Of a stretch of DNA of 64,000 bases, positions 1-13,140 are shown piece after piece. A model generated the notes under the pieces. That model had not been told where the DNA came from. It did not search any database and saw only the letters and a program-made list of their open reading frames with translations. Source of the stretch: Takakia lepidozioides (Eukaryota; Plantae; Bryophyta); contig CM060733.1 in assembly GCA_030704615.1 (NCBI GenBank), positions 25,606,001-25,670,000 of the forward strand, given 5' to 3'. Within the stretch, counting starts at the first letter, position 1. Each line of letters opens with the position of its first letter. The position numbers and the translations under genes are program-made.

Positions 1-533
1 GCGTTTAAGGTTCATGAATTGCACAAAGCTAAGTACTTTGAACATCAACTAAAATCTAGTAATCCCTCAACAAGACACGAAGAGATGAAGGCCTAGAATT
101 AGTGATTGTGACGGCGTTAAACCGAGCGAACACGTAGATAGAGAAAAAGCCCATAGACTATGGGAAACAGATGACCAACATTTCAGAGCTATGCTGGGTT
201 GGATATCCAGACAGACATGTTGCCAAGGAATCAGTGTGCAGTCTCAAATTTAAACTCCCGGGCAAGGATCTAAGATCCAGCATATATACAACACGTTCAC
301 CACATACATGTGGCCAATCTAAAGTCTACCCAACTTTCAATTCAATGTATTACGAGGTCCTACTTCGTTCCTCATTGATTGCATGGAGAAGTTTGCAAGT
401 GAATGAATAGAGGCAGTAGTTTTTCGCTAGCCATCCGAAACACACAACGTACTAACAAGTGTCTCTCAAGATCCTTTGGATTTAAGAGGACTTGCAAGAG
501 ACTACTTTAATGTCGTTCAGCAGTTCGGAAGCG

Positions 534-1649
534 TCATTGAGAGCCTGTGCCAGAACAAGTATCATCAGCGTCATATTCTATTAAAGGGTCGTCGTCCTCG
601 CAAGAGTCGACACCATGCGGAGCGTGCCCATTGCCAAAAGCTCTGATGTGGTCTTTGAGAGACCGTTTGTGCTTGGAAGTCTGAGCCACAGGTGCAGAAC
701 CAGAACATGCCACAGTTCTTCTCATGAGTGCGCCAATCGCCTCGGACTGCAAAGGCCTTGCTGCACTTGCGGCAAACAAATGGTTTGATGCCATGCTTTC
801 TCTTGTAATGTGTCTGCAACGTGCGGAAATCTTTCAGGGGCTTGGCACGCGGATGTTCAATACTGTTACGGCAACCTTCGGCACAGCAATAGCAAGGCAG
901 TCTAAGCATGGCTGTTGGCTGCGTGCCCCGTAATGATTCCGGACCTTTTCTATATTGTGATCCGTGGCCCCACATGTGCATCTGCAGTCAAGTTCACCCC
1001 AGATCAGGTATCACAGTTCGTCAGATCTAGATTATCCAAGTTATGCAATTACGAACTCGTAATGTTTTTTGAAGCTCCAAGTTCGCAGTGACATGATGTA
1101 CAGAAGAACTGCAAAAGACAACTGATCGAACAAGGCCTGCCGCAAAGAAAAAGTGCTAACCTGCATGTTGTTGTAGCGATTGAATGTCTTGCTGCAGACT
1201 GGACATGAAAATTGTGTAGGCCCAATCAGAATCTGTGCTGGAGTAGGAATCCAGTAGTGGCCTTCAAGCAACCGTCCTCGTCCCCGCTGAAATCGATCGT
1301 TCTCGGCACTAAGGGCGTGATACCCACCACCCTCATCTTTCATTCCCAAGATCAAAGCATCCGATGATGGGGGTCCAATACGAAGTGCAACTGAACATAC
1401 ATTGTCATTAGAATGTTCACATGCATTACAGTCTGATACTAGTAAGGCACTTCTCACCGCCGAAGAGTACTCTGGCTGGTGATCAAAGGTACTTGGGAGA
1501 CTCAAGCTCAGGAACGGTAGCAGATCAGGAGAGGGGAGAGAGGGAGAGGACACAAATCGCAGATCACGAGGAGAGGACACGCACCGCTGCCATTGAACGC
1601 AACCACCATTTCTATCCACCCCTCGACTCAAGCTAAACTGTGGACACAT
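534..1649 (-). pseudogene. WIP: WIP-family C2H2 zinc-finger transcription factor, copy 1 (2 coding exons: ~1649-1161 and 981-534; +1 frameshift at 675/676)
   Basis: Signature [32 protein letters not shown]|[19 protein letters not shown]...CYCC...HYKRKHG. GT-AG intron 1160-982. An extra G at 675/676 relative to copy 2 shifts GSDF|[14 protein letters not shown]; the original stop is at 534-536. Start codon uncertain. Confidence 0.9.
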
Positions 1650-2002
1650 ATCCTCGGGAAACGACTCCAAGTTATATATGTGAACAGTACATAGAGTAGT
1701 GGGAGGACAGTTGGGCACTCTATATTAGTTAGACCGACAAGAGAGTCAATGTGTCCGACCAAATGTCTGCCGAGTGTCTGCAGCTCTTTAACACTGCCAT
1801 TGATTCTATGCCACACAAGGAAGAGTGCGGAACCTAGTGCACAGCTTACCTGGAGCAAAATAATATATCTAACACAGTTCTAACAAAATTGTTTTCTCTC
1901 CCCACTCTCTCTCTCGCTCCCTAACTCTTCTCTTTCGTATATTATATATGTCTTGCTCATGAGGGTGGGGCCGTACAGCTCAATATTTAGCAAAGACAGA
2001 CT

Positions 2003-2131
2003 GACCTGGGAGACAAGTTCATGACAAATGTTGGTGCATTGCAGGGCATCTTCGAACGACAATTTCTGCAACACTGAACAACTTTCTTCCAAACATGGAA
2101 TCATCCAGCGCAGTGAATACTTGCATTTCAT
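2003..2131 (-). promoter_or_regulatory. Conserved upstream non-coding element of WIP copy 1 (contains TGTCTC AuxRE-like site at 2010-2015)
   Basis: Near-identical block (gacaag..atgacaaat...aatcatccag.gcagtgaatacttgc) recurs at 12843-12953 and 19793-19880. Confidence 0.6.
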
Positions 2132-3923
2132 ATTCATCACCGAGTGGCTGGCCCCTAAAAGTAGAAAGGACGACTTAGGGTCTGTATATAATGTTTGTTC
2201 TGTGTTGTAAGCCGATCATGTCGTTGCAATCCAGTCCAGAACTTATTAAATTACTATTTTAGTCTACAGATACAGACTCGTATCAATTTTTGCTTCGAAA
2301 ATTGTAGTCTCGTGCTGTCTCGTGAACACTCACCCTCACTGTCCCATAAGAGCCATGGTCCTTGAATCACATGGCCACACAAGGTTATTTTCTAGCAAAA
2401 CCTGTAGGGGAGACATGTTGCAGGCTGGCCCGGCGTCTAGAGTGTTCAGAAGCAGCTCGGAATTAACTCTCTCTTTTGGCTGGTCCAAACTCGCAACCTT
2501 CAATTGAAAGTAGTTCTCCTTCATGCAGAACTGGCTTCATTGACCTGTATGTACATCTAGATTGGGGTGCTTCTTCTGAAATGACAGGTGCAACCAAGAA
2601 GATTGAATGTCACTGCTACCAGTGAATTAAATGAAGATGTTGCACTGGTTGTTAAACAGAAAATCAAGAAACTATGTTTACCTATTCTTCACAGACATAT
2701 GGTGCGCAATGCCCATCCTCGCCATTGAAAACGATAATATCTCCACTGGTGTACACAATTGAAAACGATTTTTTAACGATCAAGGTCTGCCGCGCCATCA
2801 TGTGGAGACAGATTTAGGGGGCCCGCATGTGAATTTGAAGAGAGAGATGACAGTCAACCGATCGGTAGTTGGTGGGTACAGCAGAGTTGAATATGGCACA
2901 TAAGTATGATCGGGGTTGTGCAAAGAGCTTACAGTATTTGGCAGCGTCGTTGAGCACTCACATAAGAATGTCCGAACATTTATTTTGCTCAGTACATGCA
3001 GTCTACACGAGCTACATTTTGTTGAATATATGTGATCGCTCAAGTGTTCCAGGTTATGGTTCAGCCGCTTCCTAAAGAGAAGTACATCTTCTGAGTGGAC
3101 AGTACGCACAACGTCTAGATTCAACTTGAAGAGCTAATTTGCAATTTTGCACTTCGTAACAGCTACATCAATCCAGCAATGCAGACAGATAGGCAGGTTT
3201 AGAACCCAATTACCCAGATGAACGTAATGATATTGAGAACCAGACCCCACTGATGGAGTTCATTTAAGCGTCTGCAAAGAATCTTCACTCTTTTGAGGTT
3301 GTCGGACCAAGCAGCGATGAATCGATACAAATATCTGAATTATTAGAGAGTCGTATATAAAGCATGTGGTGCCAGCTGGGTACCATGATCCAGAAACATT
3401 CGCACTGAAAGGGCACTGGACTAATGGGGTCCAGAAGGAATATCTTATCTTCGTACAACTATTAGCATGGATCTCCCTTACGCTGTCAAAGTATTACTAT
3501 GCTAACATATTTTAATATTCTTCCTTCAGAAATCTCTCGAGTGACCTCTTTTGGACCTGCATCTTTTTTCTGAGCTCCCCCACTGTGTCAGAGTGCTCTC
3601 ATTGAGCTGAAACGTACACAAATGCACCAAGCTGCGGAGTCATCAAGCATTTCACGCTTGTTACATAATAGTCACAGTGTTCTCATTCCACTTGCAAAGA
3701 TTCCAACTGTACGAAAATCTAGGCAACATCTCAATAGCTAAGTGCGACATGCGTGTCACTAATAAAAATGCGGCATGGGGATTTCTAACCCGGGGAGGCA
3801 TAATAGTGGGATACCGCAGGCCCAGGCAGTAGCGTAGTCAACATCATTCGACTTGCAATCTTATTATCAATTGCCTTAAATCGAAGTTCAATACACGTGT
3901 ACGATTCAATATTCATGTACAAC

Positions 3924-4344
3924 TGTTGTTTTTTCTGGTAGAAATCGCAGTGTGACCATGTTACTCCAAGTCATCAAGAGTTACGAGTTACACTGATTTA
4001 TTCCATGACGGAATATCTAAGTCAGAGGCCAACTAGGTTACACTAGGAATTAACGGAGCCATGCAGTTGGCCAAGGTGTTGCTAATGAGTACTATTTACG
4101 GATGGTTAGTGACAGCATTATTGTGAATTACTAGACTCCCGCTAGCGCCGAGCAATCGTTACTACGAATAGTATTTAGGCTTACTTACAGAGAGTCTTTG
4201 AGGTGCTGAAAACTTCTTTGTATGTTGATGCCTTATGGTGGAATTGCAGTAGTGTAAAGTGCTCTGATACCATTGTGTGTTTTGATTGCCTGAATCTTTG
4301 AATTGTTGTTCTAGATAGTATTGTGTGCTTTGAGTTTTTCTACA
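3924..4344 (+). repeat. Copia 5' LTR
   Basis: Direct repeat of 8782-9204; tgttg...taca. Confidence 0.95.
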
Positions 4345-4478
4345 GGTTATGGGCCCACAAACGTTTGAAGCTCAGTCAGAGAGTGCTTTCGTGAACAATT
4401 TTATTTCCGAGAGTTCTTTCTTGATTTTGTTCACGAATGAAACTAGAACTAGCATAGATCTAGGAAATAGCAGCAAAT

Positions 4479-5540
4479 ATGAGTTCAGTTACCACATTGA
4501 AAGATGTGATGCAGATAGAGAGATTTTCAGGAGAGAATTTTTCTCTATGGAAGTTTCAAATGATGATTCTCCTAAGAACCAAGAAGCTATGGTCTCTTGT
4601 CAGTGGGAAGGATTTGAGAGCAGTGGCCTCGGATAAAGACGAATGGGATGATAGGGACAGCAATGCTTGCATGTATATTACTCAAGGAGTAGATAAGAAT
4701 CACCTGCAACAGTTGGTAAACTGCACAAACTCAGTAGAGATGTGGGCGAAACTAGTGGCAGTTCATGAGCAAAATGCTACCGAGAACATTCATATCTTAC
4801 AAAGCAAGATGTATCATCTCAAGATGGAAGAAAATGAGAGCATCTCCAGTTATATCAGCAAGATAGAACTGATGGCAAAACAGTTGAGTGATCTTGGTGC
4901 GAAGATGACTGAATCAGCTATCATGGCAAAGATAGTGTGCACTTTACCTCCAAGCTATGAGAACATCTTAGATGCATGGGATAGTGTACCCGCTGCCGAA
5001 AGGACGTTGAACAACTTGCAATCTAGGTTACTTAAGAAAGAAACGTTGAGAAAAGCGCGAGGAAACACGGAGGATGTCATGGATAAAGCTTTCTTCATAA
5101 AGCATGTCAAAGGAAGACATAACTCATCCACAAGCGGTGGAAGTTTTCTGACAAAGGAGCAAAAGAAGGAGAGAGCTGAAAGAATAGCGGAGTTAAAGAA
5201 GAAAACGAGGTGCAACACCTGCGGTGAAGTTGGGCACTGGGAGCGAGAATGTACGAAGAGTATCGCTTCTAACATGGTGGAATCCATTAAGATGAACGAT
5301 GCCTATGCTGCCACTGCATTTCATCAGGAAGAAAGAGAGCGTGTCGATGATGGCTCAGTGACACAAGGAAGAAACACAAATCAGAACATTGTCAATGATC
5401 CGGTAAAGATTGTACATATTAACAATGTTAATGCAGCAGTGTACAACAGCACGTCAATTGGAGAGAAAGTTGGCGATGAAGACAATATATCCTGGTACTC
5501 GGACAATGCTGCATCTGAGCACATGACCAACAAGATGTAA
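4479..5540 (+). pseudogene. Copia gag (UBN2-type, CCHC knuckle) and start of protease
   Basis: FSGENFSLWKFQM, CNTCGEVGHWEREC, WYSDNAASEHM; premature stop at 5538-5540. Confidence 0.9.
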
Positions 5541-5773
5541 TGGTTCAAAAATCTTTAGAAGATTGAATCTCATCGTTGGGGAGTACAAGTTGCCACTGAT
5601 GTTACAGTATGGGCAAGTGGAATAGGGGATATAGATATCATAACCCTAGTAGGAAGTGAGTGGAGAAAGGGAACAATACACAACGTGTTGTTTGTACCCG
5701 ACCTTAGAAAGAATTTGTTCTCATTAGCGAAGGCTGTAGACAGAGATTACATCGTCATCTATGATAAGCGTAC

Positions 5774-8696
5774 TTGTACACTGTATGCAAATCAGGGAAG
5801 GGGACCTCTTATGATGACTTGAGTGAGAAAGGGAAACCTTTGGAAACTACAAATCAAAGTGATTACGAGAGAATCTCTGCAAACATGGTATTGTCGACGG
5901 ATAATATTCAAGCAAATGTGGCGGTGACAACTGGGGGAGCAAGTCTTCAAACGTGGCATGATCGACTTGGACACATCAGTGTCGACATGATTAAACAAAT
6001 GGAGAAAACACAGATCGTCGATGGTATGAAAATACTGAACCCTAATGTAGATCTGGAGTTCTGTGAAGGTTGTGTCATGGGCAAGAATCACAGAGTTGCG
6101 TTTCCAGTAAATGAAGAACGTGAAAGGGTTCAGACTCCTAGAGAGTTCTACCATGCTGATGTGTGTACAATGAATGTAGATTTGCATGGAGGTTCCAAAC
6201 ATTTTGTCATGTTTAAAGATGATCATAGCAGCTATAGGATCTTGTATTGCATGAAAACAAAAGGAGAAGTTCTCAAGTTCTTCAAGCAGCTGTGTGTGGA
6301 ATCAGAGAAAGAGACAGGACATGCAATGAGAAAGCTTAGAAGCGACAGAGGAAGAGAATTCTTGAGCACAAAATTTAAGACTTTCCTTGAAGAAAATGGA
6401 ATTCGGCAGGAACTTACAGCGCCATATTCCCCAGAGCAAAATGGTGTCATCGAAAGGGACAATAGGACTCTGGTTGAAAGAGTTAGATGTATGCTGCAAG
6501 CAAAAGGTCTCAGTCCTAATTTCTTGGCAGAAGCTGCCACTACAGCTGCATACACCCTAAATCGAACGGGAACCAGGGTGTTGAATGGGAAAACACCTTT
6601 GGAGGCCTGGAATGGGAAGAAACCTGACATCAGCCATCTACGAGTGTTTGGTAGCATGGCATATTCACATGTACCCAAAGAGCTGAGAAAGAAATTGGAT
6701 GCCAAGAGCAAAAAGTGCATATTTCTTGGTTATAGTGTGGAATCTAAGGCGTATCGGCTATGGGATATTGAGCAGCAATACATAGTCATCAGCCATGATG
6801 TGTTAGTAGATGAGAAGGATAACCGTAATTCTTCACCCATCGAAGAAATGATGAGTAGACCTAACACATGTACTATGGTACTTGAGGGAGTGGGAGACAA
6901 AATGGCTCCAAAAGTACAAAATTCTGAGGGGAATACGATTGACCAGCATAATGAGCATCATGAGCTTCAGCTAGTAGTGGATCTACCTATTGCCATGGAT
7001 GAAGGTGAAATTCATGCAGCAAACACAAGGCCTGAGCGGGTTGCACTAAGCTTGCAAAGTCAGGGAACAGAAGTACGTCGATCTCGACAGCCACCACAGG
7101 CATTCGGCGAGTGGGAGAGTAATTACCCTACGTTTGCTGGAATAACTGAATACATACCATTACCAGAGGAGCCAAAACGGTATGAGAAGGCGATGATGTC
7201 TCCTGATCGAGCTAAGTATGAGCTAGCAATGAAGGAAGAAATTGACTCATTACACAAAAATGAAACGTGGATGCTTGTTGATCTGCCAAAGAGAAGACAC
7301 ATAGTGAAGTGCAAATGGGTATACAAGGTAAAGCCTCGAGCAGATGGGAGTATTGAGAGGTATAAAGCCCGGTTGGTTGCAAAAGGATACTCGCACGAGT
7401 ATGGAATTGATTTTCAAGAAACTTTTGCCCCCGTTGCGAGATTCGATTCAATCAGAACCCTATTAGTAGTGGCTGCCGCTGAGGATCTGGAAATGATTCA
7501 GTTCGATATTAAAACCGCTTTCATGCCTGGAGAGTTAAAGGAGGAGATATATATGGATCAGCCCAAAGGCTCTGTGAAGCCAGGAGAAGAAAAGAAAGTC
7601 TGTAGACTATTAAAAAGTTTATATGGACTTCGTCAAGCATCGAGGGCATGGAACACGAGGTTCAATGATTTTCTGGTCAAATATGACCTGCAACCCAGCG
7701 CAGCAGACCCCTGTGTGTATTTTCGCAACTCAGCGCCAAAGTTATTCACCACCATTTTTGTGGATGACGGGCTAGGTTGCTCGGAGAGCAAAGAAATACT
7801 GGATGGTATGATCAGTTTTCTTAACAAAGAATTTGAAGTTAAAGCTGGAAGCGCCGAATGCTATGTTGGCCTTCACATTGAAAGAAACAGGGGATTGCGA
7901 TCGATCACCATAGACCAACACCGATACATGATGTTCATAATCCAAAAATTTGGATTTGGTGATGCACATACAGTGAGTACACCTGCAGATCCCAATGTGC
8001 AGTTGCATCTACCAAGAGGTGAAGATGAAGAAGAGGAACATGAGTTTCCTTACCAACAGGCAGTTGGGAGCTTGATGTTCGCCATGATTGGCACACGGCC
8101 AGACATTGCATATGCGGTCAGCACTGTGGCCAAGCGAATTCATTGCACAGCTGTAAAGAGGATATTTAAATATCTCAGGGGGACAACAGACTATCATTTG
8201 TGCTACTCACGTTGCAAGAATTCAAACACTCTTACGGCTTTTGCTGATGCTAACTATGCAGGGGACTTGGACAATCGACGATCTAGAAGTGGGAGCGTCG
8301 CATTACTCAATCAAGCAGTTATTACGTGGGTGAGCAGAAAACAAATGTGCACAACAGGTTCCACGACAGAGTTAAAGTACATAGCAGCCTGTTTAACTAT
8401 GAAGGAGACAATCTGGTTACGAAGGTTGCTGTCTGATCTTGGGCACACACAGAAGACCCTACTCCCTTATATTCAGACAATCAAAGTGCAATCCGATTGG
8501 TCTTGAATCCGGAGTTTCATCGAAGAACAAAGTACATTGATGTGCAATATCATAGATTTTCAGGCACAGGGTGCAATCCAGATGACGTATATGAACACGA
8601 ATGCACAGATCGCAGATATCTTAACGAAGCCTCTTACCGTTGACAAGTTTAATCGATTCCGTAGCATGCTTGGACTGATAGAGCAACCAATCTGAG
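5774..8696 (+). pseudogene. Copia pol (GAG-pre-integrase, integrase, RT, RNase H), frameshifted near the 3' end
   Basis: WHDRLGH...CEGC, LRSDRGREF, PEQNGVIERDNRT, YKARLVAKG, IFVDD, FADANYAGD; RNase H tail continues in another frame after ~8460. Confidence 0.9.
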
Positions 8697-8781
8697 TGTG
8701 AGTTTTTTGTGCACACATTGGCTATTCCTTTTGTTTCGTAGGATCTTTTTCTCTTGCCATGGAATAACCAGTGAGTGGGAG

Positions 8782-9204
8782 TGTTGTTTTCTCTGGTAGA
8801 AAATCGCAGTGTGACCATGTTACTGCAAGTCATCAAGAGTTACGAGTTACACTGATTTATTCCGTGACGGAATATCTAAGTCAGAGGCCAACTAGGTTAC
8901 ACTAGGATTTAATGGAGACATGCAGTTGGCCAAGGTGTTGCTACTGCGTACTATTTACGGATGGATAGTGACAGCATTATTTTGAATTACTAGACTCCCG
9001 CTAGCGCCGAGCAATCGTTACTACGAATAGTATTTAGGCTTACTACATAGAGTCTTTGAGGTGCTGAAAACTTCTTTGTATGTTGATGCCTTATGGTGGA
9101 ATTGCAGTAGTGTAAAGTGCTCTGATACCATCGTGTGTGTTTTGATTGCCTGGATCTTTGAATTGTTGTTCTAGATAGTATTGTGTGCTTTGAGTTTTTC
9201 TACA
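8782..9204 (+). repeat. Copia 3' LTR
   Basis: Direct repeat of 3924-4344. Confidence 0.95.
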
Positions 9205-10699
9205 CAACTGTTGAGAAAAATTGGGCACTAAACTTCCTGCGCGTGTCTTGAGGATCTGGAGGGCACATCGAGTGAATGTTGCACGTACTAGGCCTAGTGT
9301 CACGAGAAAGAGCAAAGTTTGTGATTCACGCCGAGCTTGATTCATCAATTTATTCCGTACAATTGCACATAGTAGCTTTAGTACTAAATTGACAGAATAT
9401 CGGGAACTGTAGTAGGGATATTTGAGACTAACTGGCTGAAGGTGCAGGAGTTATATTGGTCAACGACCTGTACTTCTGTCTTCGAGGTGCAGACTTGAAT
9501 GTATAGAGTACATACTATATATCGTCTTTCTCGAATTGAGAAGGGAAGGTGTTACAGTGGCGGTCCTAATATTTTGCTAAGGGAAACATGATGTTACTCC
9601 CAGCTCATGAGATCCATCTATTGACATTTTTCAATATATAAAGCCTGAAGGCCGTGAGCAGAGTCTGAAAGAGAGTTTCTTTTGGCCAGGGGTAAAGGCC
9701 TTTCCCAATGTACAAGTCAAAAAAGTGCTTGTTTTACGTTCCAATTCCTCCAGTTCCTCCTTTATTTTAAAAGTCACAGGCAACTGTACCTGCGGGAAAC
9801 AATCACATGACATAGAACCTCGAACAGTCACACCAACATTGTCATCTCTCCAATTGCTGAGGATGAAATTAGAAAAAGAGAAACTACATTTATAGGTAAT
9901 GTCCAGTACAGAGAACGGAGCAGCCATGAAGCAGGGGCAGGTTTGAACTAGCAACAACCTGAGCAATCAAACATATTTTCAGTCCTTGAGAAGCTTCTGA
10001 AGACAAAGAATCCAAGCGAAAGTATTTCTTGGCTTAACGGAGCATATAATGATTCGCTTCAATGGTCAAATATTTTCAGCTTTCATGTTCGCACAAAATC
10101 TAGGCACCATGCAGCAGGGGGGCGGCGCTGTTCTCTGCCCTTCCTCCTAACGACTCAGGTGTGAATCATGTTGTGACAGTAGAAAAGAAATATAGGTAAC
10201 AAAAACTGTAGATCAGCTGGGCTCCAGGGGAGGGAATCTGTAGTTGCTAAATCTGCAATCACAGAAGAAAATACAAGATGCAGACATTTTAAACATGAGT
10301 CGAGTTTTCACAGCTCTGCAACCTTAGATCAGGCAGACATTTGTACGAGGCATACAGCTTGTAAACCATGCGAGATCTCAACTTAAACTCCCGAAGACAG
10401 GATGCGTATAGATCACATTTACAACATGTGGGCGACCTTGTGTTCACCAACTTTCCAACTAACACTGCCTACTTTACCTGACTACTTCATGGGAGTTTGA
10501 CATGTTCATTTACATCAAGAAGTTTACATGTGACTGGAAGTCTGAGAAGTTATTTCCCGAACGTCCAAATACTCACTAGCAAGCATCTCTCTAAATCATG
10601 TTAGAAAGAAAGAAACAGAAAAAAGAGAGGACTTGCTAGTTATTAGGTACTGCTTACAGCTAAATGCAACTTAGCGTACACTTAATCCTTGGTCCCTGG

Positions 10700-11792
10700 T
10701 CATTGGGAGCCACCCGAAACATCATCCTCAACGTCCTCCTCTGTTACAGCGTCATCCTCATCGCAAGAATCAACACCATGCGGCGCGTGCCCGTTGCCAA
10801 AAGCTCTAATGTGGTCCTTAAGAGACCGTTTGTGCTTGAAGTCTGAGCCACAGATGCAGAACCAGAGCTTGCCGCAGTTCTTCTCATGTGTACGCCAATC
10901 ACCCCGAACGGCGAAGGCCTTACTGCACTTGCGGCACATGAACGGTTTGATCCCATGCTTTCGCTTGTAATGCGTCTGCAATGTTCGGAAATCCTTAAGT
11001 GGCTTCGCACGCGGATGTTCCACATTGTTTCGACAACCTTCGGCACAGCAATAGCAAGGCAGTCTAAGCATGGCTGTTGGCTGTGTGCCGCGCAACGACT
11101 CCGGACCTCTTCTATACTGCGATCCATGGCCCCACATGTGCATCTGTAGACACCGCCCAAGATTACCACATTTCATCAGATCTAGGAAGGACTTTCAGTA
11201 CCTTAATGTTATGTGTAAATTTGAGCACCGTCTGGTGTTTAGAGTTGAGCAAAATCACATTGTCATGTACAGGCTGTCAAGAAAAAAAATGCTAACCTGC
11301 ATGTTGTTGTAGCGGTTGAATGTCTTGCTGCAAACAGGACACGAAAACTGTGTAGGTCCAACCAAAATCTGCGCTGGTGTGGGAATCCAGTATTGTCCCT
11401 CTGGCAGCCGTCCCCGTCCCCGTTGAAACCGGTCTTTATATGCAGCACTGAGGGCATCATACGCACCCCCATCCGCCCTCCCCAAGCTCACGGCATCCGA
11501 CGAAGGAGGTCCAATACGGAGTGCTACTGTCACATTGTCATCAGAATCTGCACACGGTTTGCAATCTGGTAGTAGAATGGCAGTTCTCACCGCCGGGGAG
11601 TCTGGCTGTTTATGGGGGGCGGCACTTGGAAGACTCCAGCTCAGAAAAGGTAGAAGATCACGGGGACACATATCGTTGCCATTGTTCACAGTGGCTTTGT
11701 GCTGCTTGGTAATACTGCTGGTGTGGGTGCTGGTGAGAGTGATGTGGGTTCTGAGCGGGACCTAGGAACATGTGATTGTGATGTGGGAACAT
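10700..11792 (-). CDS. WIP: WIP-family C2H2 zinc-finger transcription factor, copy 2 (exons ~11792/11671-11297 and 11143-10700); zinc-finger region intact, N-terminus frameshifted
   Basis: [32 protein letters not shown]|[19 protein letters not shown]...[18 protein letters not shown] intron 11296-11144. His/Gln-rich leader from ATG 11792 hits a stop at 11658-11660; in-frame ATG at 11671. Confidence 0.85.
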
Positions 11793-12842
11793 TGTGTATG
11801 AACATGTGCCTGGATGTGAGTAGGAGAGACTTCAGAGACTTCAGACTTGTTATCTCAAGGGATTTCAGGGAATCATAACGCAAGTCTATACCTAATCTCA
11901 CAGACAAGTATGCTTCAAAGGCAGAGGAGCCAAGCAGAGACTGCTGTGGTGGTGCGCTCAACAGATCACGCTGTCTTCCGGAGAGAGCTTCTTCATCATC
12001 TCTCGCAACACAAATATCTGGCCTTCGCACCGCCCACATGGATGAAGGACCCGGCAAGTCGTGCACGCGGCTCACTCCGGCTAAACTGTGGCGATGTACC
12101 TCAACACAATAAAGGCCTCCGATTTCTATATGAGAAGAAAGCATAGAATAGTGCGAGCACAGACAAGAGAGTCAATGCTTCCGACCAAGTTTCTGCCACT
12201 CTTACACTACTTTCGATGCTCTGCCGCTGCAAGCAACAGTGTGGAACCTTGTGTAAAGCTTACCTGGAGCTCCCTCACTCTTCTCTTGTATACGTGTTTG
12301 TGTGTGTGTGGGTGCCCGTGCGCGTGTGACGGTGGGCCACGCAGCGCCATAGCACGTACATCAGACATATTCCTGGTGCAAAAGCAGCAAAGTCCAGCTA
12401 AATACTACATGGCACTTTTGCCTCCTCACTGATCGAAGGGTGAGATTGAAATTTGGAATTGTGAGAATAGCGAAATTGTAGCGTCGAGGAGTGAAGTGGA
12501 CCGGATCAAAAGGAACTCCATCCCACCACTGCCACAGAAACTTATTCCATTTGTTTTGGCGCTACTACAAATTTGGCACTGGAAATTTGCCATTGCTTCG
12601 CCTCTTGTAGTCCCTGGATAGCGGTAGAAATTTAGCGGTGGTTTGCGTATGGGTGCCGGGGATGCATCCTGTGTTCAGGAAATGGAAGCAAAGAGGGGTA
12701 TTAATGAAGAAAACATGACCCGGACAACTCAGTAGGCCACACTAGGCACCCACATTTCTCCTCGTGTAGCAATCGAGGCCAGATGTCAACTGACCGATAG
12801 AAAATGGTTGAGCGAGCCTTTAGAGTGATGCCAGAGAAGTAT

Positions 12843-12953
12843 TGACCTGGTGGACAAGAATGACAAATGTTGGTGCAGTGCAGAGCATCTTCGACTCTTT
12901 CTGCAACACTTCAGACAAGGAATCATCCAGTGCAGTGAATACTTGCTTTTCAT
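12843..12953 (-). promoter_or_regulatory. Conserved upstream non-coding element of WIP copy 2
   Basis: Homologous to 2003-2131 and 19793-19880. Confidence 0.6.
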
Positions 12954-13140
12954 GTCCTTTTATTGCTCCTCATTGTACTCACGTACTAACGTACTAACCC
13001 GCACTCTGATGGTTGGGATTGTCCATGGTGAACGCACACAATTTCCGCAGGTTTTTGCAACTGGACTTCAAAACCATCCGAGAGTGTGTCCTTTGCTCTC
13101 TCATCATTCTCATCAACATTAGCTAGAAGCTAACCAAACA

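Larger units (their letters stand above)
3924..9204 (+). mobile_element. Ty1/copia LTR retrotransposon, full length, degenerate, half-tRNA-iMet primed
   Basis: TG...CA LTRs 3924-4344 and 8782-9204 (~96% identical by eye). TSD CAAC at 3920-3923 and 9205-9208. PBS GGTTATGGGCCCAC at 4345-4358. PPT GAGTGGGAG before 8782. Domain order gag-PR-INT-RT-RH. Confidence 0.95.

Noticed and set aside
9560-10170. Possible exon fragments of a host gene between the copia element and WIP copy 2
   Set aside because: No recognisable protein motif or consistent splice structure.
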